From Cladosporium halotolerans (Eukaryota): a stretch of DNA of 64,000 nt. The DNA lies in contig NW_027191462.1 in NCBI RefSeq assembly GCF_011745625.1, positions 62,001-126,000 of the forward strand, given 5' to 3'. Shown in pieces: positions 36,080 to 49,200 of the stretch. The position numbers and the translations under genes are program-made. Positions within the stretch are counted from its first letter, which is position 1. Each line of letters starts with the position of its first letter. The notes below the pieces were generated by a model. It worked only from the letters and a program-made list of their open reading frames with translations. It was not told where the DNA came from and ran no database searches.

Positions 36080-38101
36080 TCAGTCAGATGCTGAATCCGG
36101 CTGCACGACTCTCACCACCGGACCCTCGTAAACGTGTCTGGCGTGAAATATGTACATCAGAGATGCGAAGCCCATGAGCCCCACGAACAATACGCAAGCC
36201 CAGTTGAAGTTCACAGGAGTAACGCTGTAAGCATTTGGAAAGAATGACCAGACGAAGCACCAGCAGGAGTAGACTAGGGCGATCATGTTCACCGGCAGGC
36301 CAGCTCTGCCCAAGCTCCATCGACATTTGGGTAGTGGGAGATTGCAGACGCGACGGTAGGTCACACAGCCTAGAAGGTGTCATTAGTATGTCTCTTGGGG
36401 TCATCTGAGGGCAGCAATTACCAATGGAGATGAGGTATGTTCCCATCATGGCGTTGGACGCCAGAGAAAGTACCGCGTTGAAAGCCACGGTGCTTCCAAT
36501 GTTGATAAGCGACACGATGAAGGTGAAAACCATCGTGGCAACAATCGCATTCACTGGCACGTGGAACCGCGGGTTCACCTGTCGGCGAATATCGGTCAGT
36601 ATGGTCAAGACAGGCACGCGGAGTCGAAGTCTCTTACAGTTCCAATCCAACCGGAGAACGGCAGACCGTTGTCGCGAGCGAAAGCAAACATCTGCCGTGA
36701 GCTGGAAGCCAGGACGCTGATGGTGATCATGATCAACAAGATCAGAATGACCGTCACGAAACCTGTTGTTCCACCAACACTGTTGGTGGCGTTCTGGAAA
36801 ACGTAGATGAAGGGATAGCCTGTCGTGCTAGCTAGCGCCTCTTCGACATTGCCAATGCAGAATGCGTATCTACATGAGATCAGTCCACGTCTTCTGCAAG
36901 GACAAAGGGCCCACTTACGTGATCAACAGGACGAAGGTAAATGGCATGTTGAACAGGAACGACACCACCATTGCTTGAGGTACGACCGTGCTTGCGTTGC
37001 CAACTTCTTCGGCCATGTGAGCGACAGAGTCTTGCCCGATCACGACGAACATGCTTGACACCTGGGGCCAACTCGTTAGCAAAACCCGCTTGGGTTTCAA
37101 ACATATACTCAGCTTACCTGGCCGACCAAGACTGTGGCCGCCATACTTGGCCATCCAGCGCCGTTGTCGGTGAACTCCAGAAAGACAGCCGAGGCGGTCT
37201 GCTTGGTCGGTGACATGACCCACAAGCAGACTATCACCGGGACAAAGCTGAAGAAATGCATGCTGCAGAAGATTCCCTCCGCCAGGGGCAGGTGCTTTGC
37301 GAAGAAGACGTTGAATGAGGCAACCGCAATAACTGCGACCCACGTAAGCAAGGTGCCTTGCCATCGCTCTGGAGTGTAGCTAGCGTCGTTAATGACAATG
37401 AGCGCTTGAACAAGGCCGCCAACGATGAACGAATCGACGACGATGATCGAGAGCCAGGAGATTGTCGCAAGCCACCCTTTGACTTGTCAGCGCCAGACTC
37501 AAGACTACACAAATATGACTAACCGGAGAAATAGCTCAACAGTCGCTGCGAAGACCTAGGAGCAAACTCGCTGACCCAGTGGTATTGCCCTCCTGCAGTC
37601 TGGGGAGTCACTGTTGTCAGCATGCTATTGGTGGCATCAGTCACCGTGATCCTGGACCATACCGGTGCCATTGAGGCCATCTCCGCAAGCGACAGCACGA
37701 TGAACGTCTGGCCTGCATAACACCAGACAAGAGACCAGAAAAGTCCCGCAAGGCCTCCAGCTGTGAGTCCTTGGGTGTTCGCACTGAAGTAATCTCAGTC
37801 AATGGCTGTACCTATCAGATACGGTCCAGGCGGAAGCTTACGTGAGAAGGATCTCCCAGGTCCCATACACACAGGTGGCATACCCGATTGTCGAGATGAA
37901 GCGAAAGTTACGTCTGGAAGATCTTAGCTAGGCCCTGTGGTTAAAGACTTGGGCAGCCAACCTAAGCTCCTGCTTCTTTCCCATGCGCCACATATCCTTT
38001 CGATCCTCCTCGGTGTATCCTTTCAACTCATTACTGGCAAGTTCAGCGGCAACTACGCCGCCGACATCACACTCGGTTGGTTCGAGGCGCTTGTTGAGCA
38101 T
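36080..38101 (-). CDS. APC-superfamily amino acid/choline/GABA permease, about 8 introns
   Basis: Reconstructed as MLNKRLE...MWRMGKKQELR/RNFRF..GTWE/..SLAEMASMAP/TAGGQYHWVSEFAP/...HMAEEV/..SRQMFAFARDNGLPFS/...FNWA. Every junction examined is GT-AG and keeps the frame. Confidence 0.88.
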
Positions 38102-39503
38102 CTTGATGGCGTCTGGGGTTCTGCACGACTCGATGTAAAAGGAGGAACAATATCAGCTACCAAAGCTGAAGTCGCACGCACAACGTTACTTCAAACAGGA
38201 CAGGGCGGCCTTGTTAACCCCCAATGCCGAGACCATGACATCGGTTATTCCAGACAGGCGCCGCAAACGTTTAGCGACGTGCCGTCGGGATAACCAGCTA
38301 CTGGCTGCCAGCTACCATGCAAGATCAATACCTCCCGAGGCGTCTAGATCATCCGTGGTTGTCACGACAGTTGTTCCACAGCCTGCAGGTTGCAGCACTG
38401 GAATCTGCATGCTCATGCCCTGGCCATGTGAAGATTGACTGCAGTCCTCATGGCTCCATGCAAGTGGCTGATCCAACCCCTGCACCCGTGCTTCCCCACG
38501 GGCCGCATCCTACGGCATCATCCTCCCGCGGCACCTGGATGTTTAAGGTGCTTTGCGGATGGACGTCCCGCTGCACGTCGCTAAACATCCTTGTTGACGC
38601 TCTAATATAACACCTGTCAAAACGAATACAGTAGTGCTCGAGCGCCTACTTCACGTGGGGGGTTTCTGCAGGAGAGGTTTTCGCCGTTTGCGTCTTCATG
38701 CATACATCCGAAGGCCAAAACGTGGGATGTATGTCCTGAACTTATTACAAGTCAGCAACCCCGCCATGCACGGCCACGTCCTATTCGTTACGCAGACATG
38801 TAGGAACGGCGCATGGTTGGGTAGATGAGGACCAATGATACCAGCCACATCAAGGGCAAACGCGTCGGTTGCAAAGTCACTTCCGTAAATCTCGCCAACT
38901 TCGAACCTAACAAACCGACATCCCACGTCAATATCCCACCCCGGTCACTGTGACAAGCACCTCTTGACGTCCAAACAAACGCCGCACAACGCCGCACACG
39001 CAGGTGACAGGCCTCGAACGTATCGGCGTTGACGAAACGGCCCGTGACAGAGGTCCGCGGCGGTCGGGACGCTCTCGGCGCTGCAGCTATGTTACAAGCA
39101 TCCTGCGTTCGCCCATCGCCGCACTCTAGCACACCACATCGAAGAATTGCGTACAGGAGTATCGTTCGTATCCTGCGAAGTAGGTGCTCGCCACATCATG
39201 TAGTCGAGGAACGCTTTGTGAGACAGCAGCTCAATGCAGAGGTCAGATCGCGGCCTTGCGCATGGGGTTGGATGTCTATCGCACACGGGGCTCGTTGAGG
39301 GAGACTGCGTTTGTGGGATGGCATGCTGGAGCTACAAATGGACTCACTGTTTGCGCACCACAGTGCCGGTGCTTTCATCGCTCGATGTCTCTTCGTCTTG
39401 TCAAACCTTCTTTGATTTGAATCTCACTCCTGCGGTCGATCATTGGAGTCCCCGCTTCTGCCGATGGTCGTACTCGACACGATTGTAACAACCCCCGCAC
39501 GTG

Positions 39504-40759
39504 ATGGAGAGAGACGAATCAATTCCTCCGCTGGTGGTGACCTCGGTGGCCATCGTCGGCATCATCTGGGTGGTAATGGTTCTCAGCATTCGTCTTTACA
39601 TCCGAGTGAGACTCAATGGGCCAGTCAGCAAGGATGACTACGCAGCGATTCTTGCGACAGCCCTGGGCATAGCCCAGTCAGCACTTGTCCTCGCTGCCGT
39701 GCACACCGGCCTCGGCAGGCCCGTGGACATCCAGAATCTAACTGATCAGCAAACGACAACAAAGGTGAGATCCAGTTCGCGCAGCGACGACTATGACATT
39801 GTTGGCTGATTAATATAGATTGGCTACGCGGCGACTCTACTGTATGTGTCAGCAACCTATGTCTCACGGGCGTCGAGTTGCTTCCTTTACATCCGTCTGA
39901 CGGCCATGCGGTTCCACGTTTTCGTGGCTTTTCTTGCACTTAGCATGAGTGCTGTCGCCGGTTTGGTATGCTTGTTTGTCATCGCTTTCCAGTGCAAGAT
40001 GCCTAACCCTTGGGATGCTCCCCACGGTCGACGATGCATCAACACGGTGAGAAATTACAGCACTATCACGGCTGCATGTTTCGTGGCTGATATCCTGCAG
40101 TGGCACTTATGGCGAGCTGTCGAGATCACCGCAATCGCTTTGGAGGCCTTCATATTCAGCATCTCTGTCCTCCTGGTGTGGTCGCTTCGCATGAGGCGCA
40201 GATTGAAGGCGATGGTCGTTTTCGCATTCTCTGTTCGCCTGCTGTAAGTTCAAAGAGCAACGATCGCCTACCCGCAAACACATCGCTGATTCTCGTCGAA
40301 CCCGACAGTATCGTCATCCCTATAGCCCTCCGCCTAGAATTCATTCACCACGCACACACCTCCTCCAACTCAATCTACACCAATGTCGCAGTCACAATCC
40401 TCACAACAATTACGACCCACCTTGCAACAATGTCCTCAACTCTCCCCTGCCTCAAGCAATTCCTCGCCATGTTCGACAGTGGCATGATCGGCGAGTACAC
40501 CGACGCAACATACACCGGTAGCGGCAAGGGCACGCGGACGGACCAGTCGATTGCCCTCGCGTCTCTCGCGAGCAGTACCGGGGCGAGAGTCGGGAAGAGA
40601 CGACGCGGGAGCGATGAGCTGCGGTTGCGACCTGATCAGTCTACGGGTGACACGGGCGCGGAGATTACGGTGGAAAACAGCAGTACGATTAGTGAGCAGA
40701 GTAACTCAGGCATCATCAAGGAGACGCGGAGGTGGGAGGTCAGCTATGAGCGGTGGTGA
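39504..40759 (+). CDS. PTH11-like (fungal rhodopsin-domain) 7TM integral membrane protein, no CFEM domain
   Basis: RLYIR, DDY, GLGR, FQC..P.PW, 'W.LRM....K..V..AFSVRL' and LPCLKQFL. Introns 39765-39818, 40047-40100 and 40244-40308. Confidence 0.85.
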
Positions 40760-41298
40760 AGGGTTGGGTTCGCTGCATATTTCGGCATCCTGTAAAATCG
40801 AGTGGTCGAAAAGTCTCGTAATCTGGTAGCAGAAAAATACTGTTGACAGCAGCTAAACGGCATAGCTCATGAATCTCTGAGCCTTCCACGCCTTGTGCTG
40901 TCCATGCATCCCGTGGCATCCAAGCCCAGCACTCGCGGCAGCTTTTCCATATCGAGTGTTTTGCGTGCGCGTAAGCGAGCCACTAGAGCCCAGGTAGACT
41001 CTCGAGACACGCTACCGTATGCGGCGATGTGTAAAGCTTGCCCAGTAGGCCAGAATGGCAGCTGCAAAGCTTCCGAGGGGCAGTGGAAGCAAGTGAGGGG
41101 TCGGTTGGCTTGGACTTGGCCGGCCCAGAACGTCAGCCTTACAGTACAACCGTGATATCATCTGCGCCCACGCGAGATCGAGGGTTGATGCTCTTCAATT
41201 GTTTCGTTAAATCCCTTTTGTAGGCTATTGACGTCCCTGGGGATCGATTTCCGGTTCGAAATTGTTCTAACCTCGACTGTTCGTGTAACACTTCAACA

Positions 41299-42636
41299 AT
41301 GGGAGACTCGGACATCGTTCCGTTCAAAGTGGACATTCCTCGTTCAGAGGTCGACCGACTAAAGCGAAAGCTGCAAGATACTCGCTTGCCACCTAGAGAG
41401 ATCGTGCCCAATGCTGGTGACAAGTATGGTGAGTTGTGGTCGCCTCAATAGTAATGTTCACAAACACCTTTAACCTCCCACCACAGGCCCAATCTACGAA
41501 TGGGCAGAGAACCTCTACAAAGCCTGGCTGGACTACGACTGGTACGAAGTGCAAGACAAGATGAACGAGTACCCGCACTACCACACGCGCATCGAAGACG
41601 TCAAAATCCACTTCGTACACGCGCGCTCAGAACGCAGCGACGCCATCCCGCTGATCATGTGCCACGGCTGGCCGGGCTCGTTCTGGGAATTCAGCTCCGT
41701 TTGGGGCCCTCTCTCGCACCCCTCGGATGCCAGCCAGCCGGCCTTCAACGTCGTCGTGCCCAGTTTGCCCGGCTTTTGCTTCTCTGACTGGCCGCCGCGC
41801 GCGGGCTGGACGCTGCAGGATACGGCGCGGATTTTCGACAAGCTCATGAAGAAGCTCGGGTACTCCGAGTATATGATGCAGGGTGGCGACTGGAGTCATT
41901 GGATTGGACGTGAGATGGGTTCTAAGTATACTGACTCTTGCAAGCTGGTTCATTTCAACTTTGCCCCGTCGCCGTTGCCTGAGGGCGTGGAGTATACGGC
42001 GAGGGAGAAGGAGGTGCAGGGTCGCGTTGACGATTGGCTTGAGAACCATATGGGCTATGCCGTCTGCATGCGGACGAGGGTGAGTTGGTGGGCGAGAGCT
42101 TCCAAGAGATGTTTGCATGCTGACCGTACTCAAGCCTCACACCATTGGCTTTGGCTTCAACGACAATCCAATGGGCATCCTGACCTGGGTAGGTGAGAAG
42201 TATAACGAAGCTGCCGGGCCCGAAAACCAGAAGAAGCCGTATTGGACGCGGGTCATTCTCACGACCGCGACGCTGTATTACTTCACCGACTGCATCATGC
42301 CGTCCATGCTCTGCTATTACGCGAACGTGAGACACGAGAATTTCGCAAGCTTTGCAATGGAGCCTGAAAACAGAATAACGATACCCTTTGGCTACACTTC
42401 GTTCTACTGGGACACCGAGCCGTCGTCGAAGCGTGCAGTGGAGCGGACCGGCAATCTGGTGTACTACAAGGGTGAGTGCTTGGATTCTCGGTTCTTGAAA
42501 AAGAGAAACCGGTAACTGACTGTGCCAAGAGCGGAACGACGGCGGGCACTACGCCGCGATAGAAGATCCAGAGGGCATCACACAGGACGTGAGGGAGTTG
42601 GCGGCTCAGAAATGGAAGCGACCGAAGCAAGGCTAA
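41299..42636 (+). CDS. Microsomal-type epoxide hydrolase (EHN plus alpha/beta hydrolase)
   Basis: PFKVDIP..L..KL..TRLP, HGWPGSFWEF, PSLPGF.FS, QGGDW and GGHYAA.E. Introns 41429-41486, 42080-42134 and 42472-42529. Confidence 0.92.
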
Positions 42637-42987
42637 GCAGCTCCAAGACCATGCCCCGTTATCTCTTGGCATCATCAAAAGTGGAGCCGGCGCCGTCGCC
42701 AAGCGGAGCATCACCTTCTCTTCTGAGCTTACCCCTCCGCCGACCCAGCCTCGCGTGCACGCCGGCTAGAGCGAATTGATCGAAGGAAGCTTGTTGCACG
42801 GTGTGACCTTCCAAGCGTGACATAGTCTCCGAATGCTAAGCCCTTCCCTAATGTTACGCCGCCGTTGTAACCATTGATGCAATAGTGCATCCGCCTTTAA
42901 TAGCCATGCCATTCCCCGGTTTTGATGCAGGTAGGTTGCAAATGACCATTCCTCGCAGTGCACTATCTACAGCAAGGAAAGATCAAG

Positions 42988-45245
42988 ATGGTGGTCGGTC
43001 AAATCGCCGCTGCTGCGGCACTGCTGCTGCCATTGGCAGCTGCAATTACGCCGGAGTACGTTCATAACCGCAATGTGAATTGAGGCCTAACCAGAAGACT
43101 AACAGAGCTGCCAGGCAAATGCTCTCCGCGCCTCGCTACAGCGCTGCCTCGAGTAATCCGAGCGGTGAATGGGCGGTCTATACCTCCACCAACTATTCCT
43201 TCGAGACCCAGGAAGCAGCTACGGTATGGAAGCTTCTAAACATCAAGACAGGCGATATCTCAGACCTGCCGTTTGCCGACGATGTGTCGGAGATGGTCTG
43301 GGTTGGAAGCACCAACACTAGCGTCTTGTACATCAATGGCACCAACGATGAGATTCCCGGTGGTGTCACTCTGTGGACGACGGATTTGGCCGTCTCGCCA
43401 ATTGTTGGGTAAGATAGACTCTCCATGGGGTTGTTGCAATCAGAACTAATAAGCTACAGCACTCAAGTTGCAAGCCTCGACGCACCCTTCTCCGGTCTGA
43501 AGGCATCCAATACCCCCTCCGGCGGAATCAACTTCGTCGTCAATGCAAAGGCATACGCCAACAACGGATCTGCCTACAATGAGGAATTCGCCAGCACTCC
43601 CGCCACCACTGGACAGCTCTATGACAACGTCTGGGTCCGTCACTGGGACACTTACGTGACTCAGGAGCGCTTCTCAGTCTTTGGAGGATCTCTCGCTCAG
43701 TCGAACTCTAGCCTGAGCCTGAGTGGCAACATGACCAACCTCCTCCTCGGCATTGACGCGCCTATCACTCGTCCAGAGACTCCCTACCAGCCCTTCGGCG
43801 GCTCCAGCGACTACGACCTCAGCCCTGATGGCTCCCAAGTCGTCTTCATGACCAAGGCACCCGAGCTGCCCAAGGCCAACTTCACCGCCAGCTACCTCTA
43901 CGTCGTCCCCCACGATGGCTCGTCAGTGGCCGAGAGACTCAACGGCCCCAACAGAACTGCTCCGGAAGAGGCCAAGGGCGCCTCCGCCAACCCTGTCTGG
44001 TCCCCTGATGGCAAGAGGATTGCCTACCAGCAGATGGACGGCATCAACTACGAGTCAGACCGCGCCAAGCTCTACATTGCAGACGTCGCCAGCGGTGAGA
44101 TCACCCTCCTCGCAGCCGACTGGGACGTCTCCGTCGGCAGCATCAAGTGGAGCCACGACTGCGACGAGCTGTACGTCACCGGCGACTACATCGGCAGCAC
44201 TCGTCTCTTCATCGTGCCCGCCGACGCCGCCGCCGACTACAAGCCCGAGAACGTCACCGACAGCACCACGGTCGTCGACTTCAACGTCCTGCCCAACGGC
44301 GACGCCCTCATCTCCTCCAGCGCCGTCTGGTCCTCGCGCATGATCTACACCGTCACGCCCGACTCCAAGACCACCTACCTCTACAAAGCGCAAGACGTCG
44401 ACGCCGAGCTCGCCGGCCTAGGCCCCGACGACCTCTCCTTCGAATGGTACACGGGCACGCTCGGCGACCAGCAGCAGATGCTCGTCATCTACCCCGAAGG
44501 CTTCACGAAGAACAAAACCTACGACCTTGCCTTCATCGTGCACGGCGGCCCGCAGGGCCTGCACGCCAACTCGTGGTCGACGCGCTGGAACTTCAAGGTC
44601 TGGGCGGACCAGGGCTACGTCGTCGTCGCGCCCAACCCGACGGGCTCGACGTCCTACGGGCAGGCGCTCACGGACCGCATCCAGGGCCGCTGGTCGACGT
44701 GGCCGTACGAGGACCTGGTCAACGCCTTCGCGCACGTGCGCGACACCATGCCCTTCGTCAACACGAGCAACGCCATCGAGGCCGGGGCCTCGTACGGCGG
44801 GTACATGACGAACTGGATCCAGGGGCACGACCTGGGGCGGGAGTTCAAGGCGCTCGTCGCGCACGACGGCGTCACAACCACCTTCTCCGACTTCGGCACG
44901 GAGGAGCTCTTCTTCATGCTGCACGACCAGAACGGCACGCTCTGGGACAACAGGGAGACGTACGCGATGAACGACCCCTTCACGCACGCGCGCAATTTCA
45001 GCACCCCGCAGCTCATCATCCACAACGACCTCGACTACCGCCTGCCCGTCAGCGAGGGCATCGCGATGTTCAACGCGCTGCAGCTGCTCGGCGTGCCCAG
45101 CCGCTTCCTGCACTTCCCGGACGAGAACCACTGGGTGCTGAACAGGGAGAACTCGCTGCTGTGGCACCACACCATCTTCGACTGGATCAACTACTACACG
45201 GGCAAGACGGAGAGCCTGAGCAACGAGGGCGTGATCACGCAGTAA
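42988..45245 (+). CDS. dppV: Secreted dipeptidyl-peptidase V (S9 family)
   Basis: Signal MVVGQIAAAAALLLPLAAA/ITPEQMLSAPR. Introns 43056-43114 and 43409-43459. Motifs VRHWD, HGGPQ, GASYGG (Ser), DYRLP (Asp) and DENHWV (His). Confidence 0.93.
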
Positions 45246-46206
45246 GGGGGGTTCGCGACGGTTAGGGCGAAGTGTAATGAAAACGGGTGCTGGTGCTACC
45301 ACACGCACGATCGCATGTCTACGATGATAATACGACTAGAAATGAACACCGCTCATTTGACCAAGTTTCTTCTCCACCAACGCGATTGATCGCAGAAAGG
45401 ATACCATACCAGTGTGCACCTTCGTCCCAAACCGCGGCCGGAGCGGAATACCGTGCCGACTAACATACCTGAGCAGGTGTGTCAGACCGCAACACGGGAA
45501 ACATCAACCCATCCCGTCTCCTCCCTCAAAGCCACCACAAGAGCACCCCTACCGTTGCACCGTCACGTCAATCATCATTTTTGGGAGGGCAGGTATCAAG
45601 AAGGCAAGACTGATTTTACACGAACGAACCAACTCCACAACCCAAGTAATTCCTCCAGAACATTAGATTAGGTAGGCGGGCAGTCCAAACAAACGACCAA
45701 AGGTGACAAAGAGTGATTTTCAAAAAGCCAAATCTTGAATACAACGCGACAAAACGAACTAACAAACGCCGGTCTAGTAGTAGCAAAAGTAGGTCACACA
45801 AAAACTAAGTTATGATGCAGAGATGCCGTTTCCCCCCCTTTGTTCCCGTTACTGTTTCCACTCGAAAAAGAAAAAAGAAAGGGTCGGCTGTCTTTTTGGT
45901 CTTTGGGGGAGGAAGAAAATGGCGGCAGTGAAAGAACGACCGGATCCACACCATCCTCCATCCACATCCATTAACTTGCGCTCTCGCGCTGTCTCTCTCC
46001 CTTCTTGTCATCCCGCGGATCCAGTGGGTGAGCGCGACGGCCGTGACGCTAGCCTGGCTGGCTAGAGCTTCGGAGGTGATCTTTTTTGTACAGGTTTGTT
46101 TTCGTGAAAGGAAGAGGGAAAAAAGAATCTGAGGGCGAGCTGTTTCTTGTCATACTCGCTTTGGAAAGAGAGTGGGTCGTCATTTCGCGCAGCCTCAGCT
46201 CACCTC

Positions 46207-49200
46207 CTAGAACAGCATCGCCCTGCGAGTGCTGCTGGAAGAAGCGGAGCCGGCGGTCTGGGCGGCCTGGTTGGGCAGGCCGCTGCCGGTCTTCTGGCTG
46301 GTGGTGTCGTTGTTGTTCCAGTTGTTGGGCTGCATGAGGTACATGAGGCTGTCGCCCTGCATGCTCTCGAAAGTGGACTGGAGCAGGCCGAGGTTGCCGA
46401 TGACGGCGGGGGCGATCAGGAGCACCATGAAGAGGACGAATAGGGTGAAGTAGAGGATGGCGTAGCGGACGACGCGGCGCTTGCGCAGCTTGGTCTGCTT
46501 GAGGGAGTAGATCGGCGGGCGGATCTGGCGGCTAAGGAGTTGTTAGAAGATGCAATGATGAAGTGGATAGTGGACGAAACATACCTAGGACGCAGCCAGA
46601 AGAGCATGACCGAGTGGAACTTGTCGATGTAGGGGATGAGCAGAGCCGGCAGCATGATGAACAGGAGGATGTGGCCAAGGACGAAGTCGGCAGAGAAGAA
46701 GCCCATCTCAGTGATCTTACAGAGGAACTCACGGCCGGGCTGGGACAGAGTGTGCCATCCGAGGGAGTACCACTTGCCAGTCCACCAAGCGATGTTGGAG
46801 GTATCGGCACGGAACTCTCTGGTAAGAGCAACGGCAACGATGAGCTTGTAGATGAAACGCTGGATGGCCATGGCGGCGATCATGCCGGCAAGAGTCCTGG
46901 AGAAGTTCCAAGCCTCGAGGAAGTACATGACCTCGAAGAAGATGATGAGGGCAATGACGGCGATGGCGTGAGCAATCGCGGCAAGGACAGCACCAAACTT
47001 CTTGCAGCACATGCTGAAGATCGGACCCATACAGCAAGCCATGCCGAAGAAGCCAATAGCAACACCAGCGTTGACGGCAATGGGACCGAAAGCAACAACG
47101 AGCAGACGGATGATGGAGTGGGTGGGGGTCAGGTCAGCGCCGTCGTTGTTGGACTCGATGACACCAGTTCCGGAGTTCATGAACAGGTAAGGAAGAACAG
47201 AGACGGCGACGAACACAAGCGGACCGACGACCTCGGCGAAGAAAATGTTAGTGAACTTCGCACGAGGAGTGTCACCAGAGAGCTTGGCCGAGGGCTCGCC
47301 GAGAGCCTTGCGCTTGAAACCAGTGAGGCGAGTACGCGACAGACGAACGAAACCGATCCAAGAGGCGGAGTGAGCCTTCGTGTTGCCACGGGACAGCCAT
47401 CTAAGGAACTCGCGGTAGTCGATGAAGAAGTCGGCCCATGAGAACTGGTGGGGGTTGAACACGAACGGCGAGATGCAGAGCGCGAGCAGGGAGACCCAGA
47501 ACCAAAGCAGCCAGTAGCCCCAAACGGTGATGGTTCCAAAGAGCAGCATGAGCAAGCAACGAGCGCCCCAGTAGATAGAAGGACCGGCGAAACGAGAGTA
47601 GAGGACACCGAAAGGCATGCGCGCAGTGGCGAAACCACGTCCGGTACCGATGTAACGGGCACCACCGTACGACAAGTCCTGCTGGATGGAGTAGGCGTAG
47701 ATCTGACAGACGAACACCTCGAAGAGAGGAGACAGCGAGGAGAAGTGCTTGGCCAGACGAGTCGCAGCGCGCCAGAATCCACGCTCAGTCAACTCCTGGA
47801 CCGTAAGAGGAACGAAGGAGATGAAGAACACAATGAAGATGGAGACAACGCAACGCTGGACCCAGTCCATGAGGGGAACAATGTTCGCGCAGCCAGTCGG
47901 CATCATAGGGTCGGTGATCGGGACGTTGCGGTTGTACATGCAGGTGATGGTCTCGTGGCGGAGGGCACCCAGGTTGAGCAAGCACCACATGAAGCACTGC
48001 ACAGACAACATGATGAACAAGTTGTTGATGTGGAAGCCAGGGTGAGCGTAGAAGAAGGACAGGAAGCGATCCAGAGGAAGCTGAGTGCCGAGATAGTAGT
48101 ATTCGCGAGACAGCATCTGTTCACCCATACCAGTACCGATCTTGGTGGTGAAGTTGAGAATGGAGCCGAAGCCCAAGTCACGACCCTTACCACACTGGTA
48201 GTACTCGCAGTGCTTGATGCGGCCACCACGGAGGACAGCAGTCATACCAGCGTAAATATCCTCGTTCAGGTGCAGACCCTTCTGAGCCTTGGAGACACCA
48301 CCACGAGTGGTCATGAAAACACCGTTCAGGAAATCGGGGTGACCGTAGTGGAGCTTACCACCGATCTGAGCCAGAGTACGAGCGAAGAGAGTACCAAATG
48401 TCTGTTCCTTTCCGGCAGCAACGTCACCGAGGATACCAATGTTCTCGGAGAAAATGTACTCGCGAGCACCGAGAATGGCAACCGGGTTGAAGTTGGTGGG
48501 AGGAAGGCCAGGAGTGTAAGGAGAAACGTTGTCGGTGGTCATCTCTTCGAACTCAGCAAGGACGGAACGGATCTTAAGGCACTCCTCAAGGTAGTTGTCC
48601 TGGTTAGCGTCGATGAGCTGGATGTATTCACCGCGGTAGAAGATCAAGCAGTGGTTCTGGTTGTCAGACTTGCCGTCACCGAGAATGGGGTTGCCAGAAA
48701 GCATGACACGGAACTTGGGGCGGCGCATGCCGTTCTCCATGAGCTCGGAGTGACCGTCGATGAGGGCAGAGAAAATCCTAGGGTCCTCGCCCTCGGCGGC
48801 CGGAGGCTCCTCGTCAAGGTAGGCAATCTGGAGGTCAGGGTAGGCGCGGAGAAGGAACTCGGCGTTCTCACGCTCCTCCTTGGAGAACTTGGCGTAACGC
48901 TGCATGGAGACGCAGATCTTGAACTTGCGGCGAGCCATACGCTCGAGCTCACGCTCAAGCTTGTCTGAGTTGCCACCGAACATCTGAACAACCTCGGGGT
49001 TCTCGACACGGTAGAGAAGCTTGATGGCGCGGCTATAGTTCATGAAACCAGAGATAGTGCGGTAGAGAGTCTGCGAGCGGAGGGATGCCCAGATACGAGT
49101 GCGGAGAGTGTACTCGGGAGCGGCAGACTTGAAACCAATGCAGTAGAAGGGCAGGTCGTCGATCTTGCTCTTGGCGGTATCCTTCTCGCCCTTCTCGTAG

